This document shows positions 1-11,746 of a stretch of DNA of 64,000 nucleotides, in pieces (the first letter of the stretch is position 1; each line of letters opens with the position of its first letter). The stretch is from the NCBI GenBank assembly GCA_025786725.1, contig JAHLTZ010000023.1, positions 186,001 to 250,000 of the forward strand, in the 5' to 3' direction. The notes below the pieces were generated by a model. It searched no databases, was not told where the DNA came from, and worked only from the letters and a program-made list of their open reading frames with translations. Made by a program: the position numbers and the translations under genes. Source of the stretch: Syncephalis fuscata S228. Its lineage: Eukaryota > Fungi > Zoopagomycota.

Positions 1-483
1 AATGACATCACAATGAAGAACGAAAAACACATGTATGCAATGACCGCATGTAATAGATTCATAGAAGCTACCAAGTAACCAAGCATGCGTTAATGAGCAA
101 TACTTGAACTGTAATGCATGAGTTTCGCCAACAATCATATGACTAGCAGTGTGTGTGCATTTGCCCAAGTATTTCATTATAATAAAATATGAACGAATAA
201 ATCATTTGTGACGTTGGCATTTCTAAATTATTGCTATTACATTCATTGAATTGTGCACAGGTTTAAATCATGTGTCATACTATTTATTGAATTGCATCAT
301 AGGCAAAAGCCAGTTGAGGCTTTAAACATATAATGGTCAATATAACTTGTATATGATATAAAACTGTAAATAATGTTATCGTAAAAATGGTTCATTAATC
401 TAGATTCTCGCAGTTTGTTTGTTTGACCGGCAAACAAATAATAATACCGGCTATATCTTTACTGTATTAAATCCTTAAGCTAT

Positions 484-2366
484 CTATGGGAATGCGTAGA
501 CAATACCGGCATTTTCAATACGTTGACCATAGGCGGAAAGTGGCGTCGCGTTACGAATGATATCCTGGACCACTTGGCCGGCCGTCGTATAGACACGCTG
601 GCTCAGATAGATGGCCACGACTCCGGATGTCAATGGTGCCGAGAACGAGGTACCAATACCTACTACGCGTGCGTTGTGTTCACGTGCCTTGAATACAGGA
701 ACACGCTCGCCTGGCGCAAAAATGTTGACACATTTGCCGCGGGAAGTAAAATCGGATATGGTATCGCCCTTGCTGATAGAGCCGACCGTAAGAATGTTTG
801 GCACCTTTCCTGTAATGCTTCCAGGTGAGTAATTGCAGGCATTATCACGGCCATTACCAGCCGAGTTTACAACAACAATGTTGGCGTCGTTTGCATCACG
901 AATAACACTGTCGAGAAAATCTGGCGTTTGGTACGTAATTGAAAGCTGAATAATGTGACGAACACGTTTTTCTGGATTGTTTGCATCCATGGCTTTTACT
1001 TTATCGATAACATACTGGAAAGCTTCCTTTAATGGGCCTTCGGTACCGACGGCAATGACATGCAGCTGTGCAGCTTTTGCAACACCATATTTCTTGCTAC
1101 AAATGTTTGATGCAACTTGAGTACCATGTCCTTTAGTTGTGTCTTGAGCACCAAGACCGGGTGTGAACTCAGTTTCGATAATTGGACGAAGAGCGTATTC
1201 GTCGTTGTAAGACTGGTCAAAGCCTGAGTCAATCATCCATACATGTACGCCTTTACCACCATCAGCAGGTAGTTCGCGTGCAGGTTCGGTTTCTGTGGCC
1301 GTGCGGCGACGAATACGGGCTAGAGCCCAGTTATCATCAGATGAGCCGTAGCTTAAAGGAACCTCAGGTTCTTCTGAAGGAGCATCAGATTTAAGCATAA
1401 CTAAGTTGGATGATACAATAGGCTTATATACTGATTGCGAGTACACTATTGGTACAGCTACTGGTGGCGAAGATAATTGTGCAGGCGCTGAAGCTACTGG
1501 AGCCGGCATTGGAGCTGGGGGAGCCGGTACTGCGGCTGGAGGAGCTGGTACTGGAGCTGGTGGAGCTGGTACTGGAGCTGGTGGAGCTGGCACTGGAGCT
1601 GGTGGAGCTGGCTGGAGCTGGCACTGGAGCTGGTGGAGCTGGCACTGGAGCTGGTGGAGCTGGCACTGGAGCTGGTGGAGCTGGACTGGAGCTGGTGGAG
1701 CTGGCACTGGAGCTGGTGGAGCTGGACTGGAGCTGGTGGAGCTGGCACTGGAGCTGATACTGGAGCTGGAGGGGCTGGCATCGGAGCTGGTGGAGCCGGT
1801 CTATAAATAATAGTCGGTTGGCTTGCAGCAGGATTCTTTTTGGTGCATGGCTTCTTGGTCGTTGAAGGTGGTGGAGGTGGAGTAGTTGTGCTTTTCTTGC
1901 AAGGAGTCTTAGTAGGTGCAGGCATTTGTGGTGTATGCACTAGTGTTGGTGTGACTACAATCGGTACAGGCACCTGAACTGGAACTGAAACTGGAGCTGG
2001 AACTACGGCACCCGATGGTAATTGACCACCATTTGCTTTGGTTTTATTGCATGGCTTTTTAGGAACTACAGCGGCTGCATCTTCTCGGCGTAAAAGACGA
2101 TTTGGACCTACTGGCTCCCAGTTCAACGAAAACTTTGGAGTACTAGGCATTGGATCGCGCCTAACAAGTGTAGAGTCACGTCGGTGCAAAGCCCCAGCAG
2201 AAGCTGTGGGCTCCCAGTTCAACGACATCTTTGGAGTACCAGGCATTGGATCACGTTTAGCGAGAGCTGCAGCATTAGCAAAGGTGGGCACTGTTGCTGC
2301 AGTTACTAAAACTGCCACAGCAGCGTATAAAACTATATTTTTCCACGAATCATTGGCCATCATCAT
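484..2366 (-). CDS. Secreted S8 (proteinase K-like) subtilisin with N-terminal Kex2-repeat peptides and Pro/Ala-rich linker; frameshifted within the repeat
   Basis: Signal-peptide-like MMMANDSWKNIVLYAAVAVLVTAATVPTFANA from 2366 (ORF 1494..2471). Catalytic motifs IDSG, GHGTQVA, SAGN and GTSFSAP in ORF 484..1707. The two ORFs join through the PAPPAPV repeat, which has single-base indels. Confidence 0.85.
1500..1800. repeat. Coding 21-bp tandem repeat (GGAGCTGGTGGAGCTGGCACT; PAPPAPV on minus strand)
   Basis: About a dozen imperfect units visible directly; units near 1611, 1684 and 1724 have irregular length. Confidence 0.95.
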
Positions 2367-4673
2367 GTGTAAATTCTTAATGTTTGTTGATCCAATAAGT
2401 ATACGATAGTAGCCGGCTACCGGAGTATATGGCGAGTAATTTGATAAGAAGATTACTGAAATAGATCCCAAAACTTATATTTAATTGAAAATGAGTGGCA
2501 TAAAAAGCAATAGAAAGCAACTAGTTGTTATTTAGGATCTATTACTACGTGTATTGCGCGTGCCGATTCAACGGCACCTAGTCGGCGATAAATATTTTGT
2601 TGGAAAGTGAGTATGTTTGAAGAAGTGGGCTGGTAAGCGTGATACCTAGAAGTTAGATGATTGCTCTTGCATTTGCATACTAGTAAAGAGATTATATATA
2701 TTATAGCAATTTATTATTATGCTCATCATTGGACAAAAAGGAAATTTTGCATATGACAAAGTATCAGAGTGGGCCATTTTCAAAGGCAACTAGGGGACAG
2801 TGTCCCATACAAGCAAAATTGCAACCATCATGTGATAAGCATATCAATGTGTAATTTTGGTTAATTAGTCCATTTAGCATATGCATGCGTATATATTTAG
2901 CAACAAATATGTGTATCTTTATACATATATAAGCAGCTAAGCTCGTGAATATGTAAGATCTTCACGTCATTAGAAAATTTATCGGATTTACGCCTTTACT
3001 AGTTGCGAGATACAAATTGAAAACGTTTCAATTATGTGTAACCTAGTGATCATGTACTCTATAAACTCAGGCATGTAGTATTATTGTCAAGTAGCTACAT
3101 AGAAATGTGAAACATTGAGTATATAGCAGTCTGAAATACTGAAAATTACACAGTACATTAACTATCCTAAAGCACTTGAAATTTACAATGTTATAGCTGC
3201 ACATGTAGTTGTAGCTACTGTGCTGTCGGCACAATTTGAATATGGAAAATTCCGACTAGTTTCAATTCCGCACACTGGGGGGCAATTTTCGCCTTTTATG
3301 TCGATTGAGCATTTGAATTACACGACGCGCTCCCTTTTAATTAGCTATCATGCCTATCCTTCTCTGCCCCTTTAAACAATTAGTGCTCTGTTTGTACAAG
3401 CTTTACAGCTTCAACCAGTATTATTTTCTACAAGCACATATAGTAAAACAAACAACAGTCCTTGTTGTACGAAACTGCCGCTGCGGCTTTCACCACGTAT
3501 CGTTTCAACCACATTTTTCTGTTGTAGTAGTGCATTGTGCGGCCCCACGTTTCTTGCGTTGCTTTGACTCATTAACTGGAAATCCCAACAAACAAGTTAT
3601 TTTTTTACTATTGTTTCATCTGGGTTTTTTTTGTGTATGAGCATCTGCTTTTCTAACTTTTAAAAAGAATTACTAAAAAGGGCAGACTACGGCTGGAAAC
3701 AATTTGCCATGTACGTCGCTGCAACGCCATTGCCAACAGCCAAGCTACACGATGGTAAGAACCAAGTAAAAACAATAACGGTGGCATCTTAAACTATAGC
3801 TTGATTGGATAAGTGCGTGTGCTTTCAAAGTTATTTGTTCTTAACCAGGTGTTAATATCTGGCCTTTTTTTGCTTTATTGAAGACTGCTTTTACAGGCAA
3901 TAGTACTATATAGCTCCACTATTTGTTACATTTCCAATATCTAGATCATTATCATACTTTGTTTTACAAGCAATAATACTATACAGTTGCGTTATTTTTT
4001 ACATTTTTAATATCTAAATTATTATCATGCTTTGTTTTTACCAGTCAGCCTAGCATCGCAACACAACGGATAATTCTAAACATCTTATGTTTTTATTTTA
4101 TCCACTATTCGCTTTGCACACCCATGTACATACCCTGCCAACCTTGTTGACAGTACTAATATTGGCACTGGCAACAGCAGCTATCGCTTATTTGCAGTGC
4201 TTCTTGTTGTCGTCTTCTACACGGACATAGGGGTGCGACCCTGTCGACACCACGGCCGTGTCCAATTTCCAATTGCTTTTCTTAACTTTGTTACCTTTTT
4301 AGTATTCGTAGTTATTTTTAGACTTCCAACTTAGGCCAGCTTCGTGCAAGGACAGACGATTACAGCACAGCGCTGTAGTGGCCTTCCTATTCTACATGCT
4401 GCCTGCCTCGTTTCACCTCTTTTTTCGCCCTTCTTTTGATAGCAATTTACATCTTTTTTGAACTAGTTTCTGTCTAGATTGCACGACGACTTGCACGTCT
4501 TAGCATTCTCAATCTTTTGCATCAGCATTTTATTATCGCTTAAGCAACTTTTCTATTTGCAGGGGTAGCCATTTATTATAATTTGAATACTTCAGCATTA
4601 TCATCAACCTTCTACTCTAATCCCTCGATTCTCTGTACTGCAAGCTGTTTGTTCATTTCCTTGTTCAGACAAA

Positions 4674-6052
4674 ATGCCTTTTGCTAACTCATCACGGAAT
4701 CCACCTGTAGATGCAACTGCGGCAATGTCCGAGCTGCCTGGCCAGCAGCCGTATCGTATGCCCTCACGCACCAACTCGATTGCATCTGACGCCAACTGGG
4801 ATGCACGCTCGGTTAAAAAGACTTGCAGTATCAGTCGGAAGCAACTTATTATTACCTCACTTATCATAGGCTTAATTATAGCTGGTGGAATTGCAGGTCT
4901 TGTTGCCTGGACTGTTTTGAAACGAGCCAAAGAAGGTGTGTACCATATGTCTATCATATGCAGGGTAAAATTATCTACATATCTATTATTATTATTATCA
5001 TAATGTGATGGTAGATTGTGTAACTGCGGCTATGATTAGATTTATTGCAGCGTAGATTAATCTGACTTTGTATTTTTTACAGGAAACCATGTTGACGTCC
5101 CTTCAAGCACAAATCTCACGATTGTACCCTCACCAAACTTACCAAAATCATTCTATGGAATTACCTACACACCACTTAATGCACAATACCCCGGCTGTGG
5201 CGGCAGTCTAGGCGATGTAGTTGAAGATATTAAAGTGCTGTCGCAGCTCACCACACGCCTACGTCTTTATGGTATGGACTGTGACCAGGCATCTCATACA
5301 CTAGAGGCTATTAAACAGCTAAAGGTTAATGTAAAGATTGTGGCCACGATCTGGGTCGATGAGAACCCGGTCACATACAAACGTCAATACGATCTGTTCT
5401 GGAAATTACTAAAAGACTACGGTACCGATAATTTGCTCGGCGTTTCAGTAGGTAATGAGGCTATCTTCCGACAACAAAGCAACGCCACCGACTTAGGCTC
5501 GCGTATGTCGGATGTCCGTTCTCAGCTAAAAGCCAAAGGCTATTCGTCCATTCCCGTATTTACGACGGATCTCGGCGACAACTTTAAATCGGATTTAATT
5601 CAGGCATCAGATGAAGCCTGGGCAAATGTACATCCATACTTTGCTGGTATTGATGTTAGTGGTGCTGCCACTTGGACCTGGAATTTCTACGAAAATTTTA
5701 TCGGTAAACCGGCACGTGCTGCAGGCAAAAAAGGTGTTATTTCCGAGACTGGCTGGCCAACAAAGGGTGATTCAAAAGATAAAGCGGTTCCCTCTACCGA
5801 TGCATTACAACGTTTCTTGGATGACTTTGTATGTCAATCCAATGCAAAGGGTATTCCCTATTATTTCTTTGAGGTATGTCTAGCAAATATGCTAATATGC
5901 GTTGATATTAACAGTGATAATAATAGGCATTCGACGAACCCTGGAAAGTAGCAATGTTTACGGAACTTGAAGGCAACTGGGGCTTGCTAACAAAAGACCG
6001 AAAGCCTAAAGTCAAGTTTCCGGACTGTCAAGTCAAAGCTCAGTCGGCATAA
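4674..6052 (+). CDS. GH17 beta-1,3-glucanase/glucanosyltransferase, type II membrane-anchored (BtgC-like), 3 exons
   Basis: Exon 1 TM segment (LIITSLIIGLIIAGGIAGLVAW); GT-AG introns 4936-5082 and 5874-5926; motifs FYGITYTP, LRLYGMDC, VGNE, ANVHPYF, ISETGWP, FEAFDEPWK, EGNWGL. Confidence 0.93.
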
Positions 6053-7249
6053 AATAATTTGTTGCTATTGCATATCTTTTTGCAATCCATACTTTGCAGT
6101 CCATATTGAATTGTTGTATCCTATGCCTATTGCATACATTTCTATTCACCGATTAATAATTATTAATGACTAAATGCTTATTAGTATTAATAATAACGAT
6201 AGACATTGTTTATTCCTGATTTAATACATATCATATACGATAATTGCCCCATTAAACAGGATTGTCAAAACATTTATATTATCATCATTAAATTCAAAAC
6301 TTTAATTTTTTATTTAATAATATTATACTCACAGTTTTACTAATAATTCGTTTTATAATTAAGTTTGTTTTTAGTGTTCATACATTTTTATTCCATTATT
6401 AGCTAACCATTTATGAATAATAAAAATAAACTGAATAATGCTAAATGTATTCAGCATAAAGTTTGATTCATTGCATCCGTTATTCTACTCATACATATAA
6501 CTTTGTTATTCCCGTTCATATATCTTTTTGTTGGCTAATTCTGGTATACAATATTTTATATTCTACTAGTTACACGTTATTAATAAGCTGTATTTTATTA
6601 ATATTATTATGATATATGTCCTGCATAGTAGATTGGTCAAATAGAAAATAATATATATATATGTAATTTAATACAAATTACACTAAAGTAAGACAGTAAA
6701 TTTAAAATCTGTTTTTAATATTAAACTGTAAACACTTCTTTGCTAGTCCGCGAATCCATTGCAGTACATCAATGAAATTTTAGAAACTATCACAACATTT
6801 GAGTATCACCGTTCTTCGGTTTCAAATTAAGTTGTTTTAATTACCAAATAACTCATTTAATATGTATACTTGGCTAAATCTGCAATTAAGCGGGTATATA
6901 TATATTGAAGCAGTACAAGGCAATTACTAAATGTGAAAAACATTTTTCAAGATGTAGGATAAATTTAGCTTGGATGCGCTATTCTTTGTTTAGCTATTTT
7001 TTACAGCATAATATGTGTACTTTTAGTATAGAACAAGCGTAATTTTTATAACTGCAAAGGCAGAAATACACGATATATAGATGCATTTAAACAAGAAGCA
7101 AAGAACAAAAACAAAAATTAAAGACTGGTCCTGGATATTTAAAGGCCAAATTAACTGCACATATAACTACTATTAGCTTTAAAAAACCTACGCCAGTCAA
7201 GTAAACATTTAGCAGTTTATAGCATTAACACACGTTTTATTCATAGCCA

Positions 7250-9067
7250 TGTATCATTCAAACTATACTCAAGTGTTTTTGTTATATTTCTATGGTTATT
7301 TGCGTCATTATATAGCAGCAATGCAAACATAACCGCCTTAAACCGCAATCGTACGCAAAAAAACATATTCTACTTCCGACTATTTTCTTACATACGGCCA
7401 CATTATCGATATAATAGCGTTGCAATTCCTTGAAATTTCAAAACTTTTTTACTGAAAACAAGTGCATTTTTATACCGGCTAACACCTTCAATCCATATAT
7501 CCAGGCTATAGCCAAAGCGGCATCAGCACACCCTGACTTTTCTATTGCTATAAATGATGAAGATTTGTTTGCTGCTCAGTGTAAAGCAAAAAAACAGGTA
7601 AACGGACATGTCAAAGTACATTATACATACTGACACAGCTTTAGATAAACAAACCAGTTGCTGTTTATCTCGACAGTTATCACAAGCCAAATATTCGTTG
7701 ATTTGTCTTTTGCTACCATTAAGCTACACTGATCATCCTATTATATGATATCTCGGCTACGTTGAATATGGCGTCGCTATGGGAAAACGTTTTATCTTTC
7801 GTTACATTGCTGAGCAAAGTCAGTCGGTACTATTTACATATTGAAAATAGTTTAATTGCAAAATCCTTTTATAGAGCCTGGCTTAGAAAATAATATTTTA
7901 TTTCAAATAGAGTTTTGACTTTTAGATGGATTTGCTTTGCCATGGCAAGAAAATATAACGCGCTAAGTATAGTTAGTCATGCTTGTTTTTTTAGGTTCTT
8001 GCTATGCTGCTATACGCATGTACCCGAATAATAATGCTGATTAAGCTAAAAATGCTACGTTACAATATTCTTTTATAACACTTTGTATTACAATTGTTTG
8101 TTGTTGTAAGTAATAATAGATTGGATGAACGCCGCCACTTACGCTCTTATCAAAGCCGTCTTGTATCATTTAGTATATCGAATCGAATTATTTGTATTGC
8201 AATGTAGTATCGCCAATATTGCAGCAATGACTATTTGTAACGTGTTACTCTTCCATTAGTAAGTAGCAAAAAGGTATTGTAGCCTTGCTATTGTTTATTT
8301 ATATGCATTGGTAGGTTGATTGCCGGAAATTGTCTATTTTCCAAAAAAGCTGTTATAAGCTTTTGTAACATTATAACACTTGATTTTATAGTGAATGCAT
8401 TTGCTATATATATATAATTATTTGCAATTATTTTATATTATATTTTAGAGAAAAAGAATGTTTAGATGTTTTGGATGCAGCAAAATATATTAAATTTATA
8501 TTACTTGTGCTTGATGTAGTTATTTTTGGGATTGAGTAAGTAGTGTATACATTTCTGTATTTTTAATAGCACATATTGTGGCTAAACAATAGCCATTTGG
8601 TTTAAATTAATGACTCTTAAACTAAGAAAGCATACGGACGGTGGTAAAAGTTTTATACAGGCAAATACACGTTGATTTCTAATTAATCAATATTAATAAT
8701 TAGGTATACTTACTAGCTGGTAATATTTGCTGCACTAGTTCTTGCTACCTATGTTATATATTTAATTCAAGGCGTGGTGTATTGGGAATACAATCGGTCG
8801 TATTTATAAAACAACTTGCTGGTTATTGTCAATGTATTCTTTGATGCGGCATGTACCGCATGCGCTTTTATTTTCATAGCAGCAATGGGTATACACTGTT
8901 TTAGAGTAGAGAAAAGTACTACTGGACATACGCCATTAGTTGGACAGACAACTATGGGCTGTGGAACAACCATGAATGATTTGACTTTTGGCGATATAAC
9001 TGTAAAAAACACAACTATCATGCGGTGTTACACGATAACTGTGGCAATAAGCACGAATCGTTGCTAG
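7250..9067 (+). pseudogene. Degraded or error-ridden gene for a signal-peptide, extracellular-domain and multi-TM protein
   Basis: Signal-peptide-like frame SFKLYSSVFVIFLWLFASLYSSNA just after ATG 7250; fragment ORF 7430..7633; hydrophobic final TM plus Thr-rich tail in ORF 8816..9067; multiple stops and frameshifts. Confidence 0.4.
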
Positions 9068-9529
9068 ATTAACCATGGTATTTAAATAAAATTAGCTAAA
9101 TGTCATCCATTGTACTAGTTATCTTAAAGCAATAAGGCACAATGTAGCACGTTTATATAATACTGTTTAAAGCTGGCGTTATTATCCATTTGCATAAACA
9201 ATAGTCATATGGCTGCATAGCCTTTTTAATAAATAAGCTGTGTAGTTCATTCATTCTACTTTTTACATAAATACATTTTGTAATTGTTACATTTTATTTA
9301 ATGCAATATTATAATTTATCGCATTCACGACAATATTGCTATCATGAATTATAGTCGACTGCATTTTTTGTTGGCAATAATTTTTACTTTCTTTCAATTA
9401 CGTTTTATTTAATTTTGTCGCTGGCGATAAAGTTGTTTTTCTGGCCAACTATTGTGTCTTCTAGTTTTAATAACAATATCTGTATTGATGTTACAACACT
9501 TTAGTTATCTTTATTACAATAAAGCAATA

Positions 9530-11746
9530 TCAACTATCCTTGAAAATATGGACATTTGCACGAGATGCATCAATAGCAGAATAGTCTACGCTGGCATCAA
9601 TGTAGTGCCATGGTGATTTGTAACAATGCGTAGATAATGTTTCAATTGTATCTCGAATAGATTCAGTATTTGAGGCCAATTGATGGGCGGGTGTTAAATC
9701 GTCTGCAGATGGCTTAAAATACCGATTTAGTATTTCTGTCGATACTGATGCCAGCGTTTCGTACTTCCATGTTGGTTGTATTCGTGTCGTCTAGAATATA
9801 AATTAATCAATGTTTAACTTGAATAATATATAAGCTTACTTGAAACGCGCTTAATCGGTGAGCATCGGTGGACTGTGACCAATTTGCTGCTATCACAGAT
9901 TCGAGCTGATTACACTCATGCCAATTAAGTAGTTTGCCTTGTTGTATTGCTTCGTACATGATCTAATATTTGGCATGTTAGCTATATTTACTACCAGTTC
10001 GTAGCTTTACCTTGGCTAAAAGAGGAGGCAATGATCGAACATAATCAATGGTAGCCAACGCCCATGGCTTACTCAACTGCCCAACACGATCAAGCATCTG
10101 TTCCAAACTTGTTGTTTCCTAAATGTCATATGCAATTGCATTTAATACTACTAATGATAATAATTAGAGATTGTTACATTAATAACTTACACCAAAACAA
10201 TGTTCAATCTCTGCCTTCCAGCAGTCGATAACACCACAGCCTGGCCAATGTTTATCGCCAGTTAATACTGCTTCTTGTAGTTGCTGTGCTGTTGCTGCAC
10301 CAACTTTACTACCTAATGGGAACGCCGCTCTTAAACGCCGCAGCCAATCTCCAAGATATTTTTCAGGCACAAATCGATCCACAAGTCCAAGCAACAAGCA
10401 ATCTGGTGCACGTAACCGTACTGATGGGTTAAACTGTAAATAAAATTCAATACCAACCGGCCCATGCAAATGTGTTAGTGTATACAGTCCGAAGACTGGT
10501 GAATATACTAGCGTTTCGTCAGTAGATGCTATGCGTGCTGGCGATATAATAACATGTTCGGTGCAAACACGCGCAGTGGCTGCGCGGAACCAATTCATTG
10601 CAGCCGAATGAACACACCCATTAAAAACGGCAACAAAAGGTGCGCCTTTATTGCTACCAGCTTCGTCTAAAAGATGTGCGTATCTTTGGGCTGCTGCTTT
10701 ATCAATGGGTGGTGGGCTAAATATTCGCCAATCGTGTGTCCGAATCCGGTCATTGGCAGCATCATGCATTGGTGGCTGACCAGCATCTGAAGTTAATAGC
10801 ACGGCTGCCGCTTGCCCCTTTTGACGAGCCTTTGTTAATGTTTTCTTTAGTTTATAAAGCTGCTTTTCATTCCAATGTTGCGATTCATACATAACAACCT
10901 CATCAAGTCCGCCGGTGCTATTACCCACGCGCATAGGACGTGCATGTACTAATAGTGTTGTATCATTAGGATTAAAAGATGGCTGCTCCGAAACAGGCCT
11001 GTCAGTCATTTTACTTAGAACAGGGCATGTCTGTTCAATTGTTGCTACGTTGCCGGTTATTGGACATGTAGTTGGTGTTTCGGTAGATACATTTGCTGAC
11101 TTTATTGTCTCGAGATATTCCTCCCAGCTCAGTGGTAAAATATGCCTAGTTACAATTTGAATTAATCATCCAGTGTATTTCTGTGACAATTACTATAACT
11201 TACTGGTCAAAATAAATCACTTTTGCGTGTAGTAATTTAAAATTTTCACTATCAAAGTCATTGCAAATCCTAGCATTATTTAATAAATTTGCTGATAGAT
11301 TTGCCATATATTTTTGAAAAGAAGTGTCATCTTCAAAGTTGTATTTTTTAAAACGAGAAAGTGTATATGCTAAGCGTGACTTTGTTGCGTCGTCAAGTTC
11401 TTTTTTAATAACAGCTGGTGGATGCTGCTGACTAGACATAAAGCGGACTGCTTCCCGCCACTGTGTATATTTACGAAGATCAATAACGCCAAATTTTCTA
11501 TTATACTAGATATTAAGCTATATCTAATTAAGTTTCTGCTACATACCTAATAAAATATGCCAACTTTGCTTGTAACTGAGCTTCTTTCCCGTCAGCTTCG
11601 CGACTAGGCAATATCGTTTGTTTTTCGCTATCAAATAATGTTATTTCCCGTTGAAATTCAGCATCGCCATCAAAATCATAAGCTTCAAATGCACGATACT
11701 GGCTTATTTCATTTGGAGAAAATGGGCAACGATCGCTTGCTTGCAT
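9530..11746 (-). CDS. Fusion protein: two Pex39/C6orf226-type N-terminal helical domains plus a degenerate 3-hydroxyisobutyryl-CoA hydrolase-like crotonase domain (6 exons)
   Basis: Introns 11546-11498 and 11203-11146 join ORFs 11528..11746, 11200..11439 and 10179..11009 in frame. Repeats FEAYDFDGDAEFQ...AKLAYF...IDLRKYTQW and FKKYNFEDDTSFQ...AKVIYF...LSWEEY. Crotonase-like PFVAVFNG...RVCTE...RLRAPDCLLLGLVDRFVP...EIEHCF, and later exons with PTWKYETLASVSTEILNRYF. Confidence 0.75.

Noticed and set aside
1406-1810. Plus-strand ORFs with GAGGAGT, WSWHWSW and LELVEL repeats; CRISPR-like periodicity
   Set aside because: Antisense and alternative-frame readings of the PAPPAPV coding repeat; no unique spacers; eukaryotic context.
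7429-7435. In-frame TGA as possible selenocysteine or alternative code
   Set aside because: The region has other stops and frameshifts, no SECIS is evident, and conserved genes use TGG for Trp.
10055-10075. KPWA resembling the Pex39/Pex13 KPWE motif
   Set aside because: Lacks the Glu and lies at the position of the ordinary HIBCH 'WA..T' helix, so probably coincidental.
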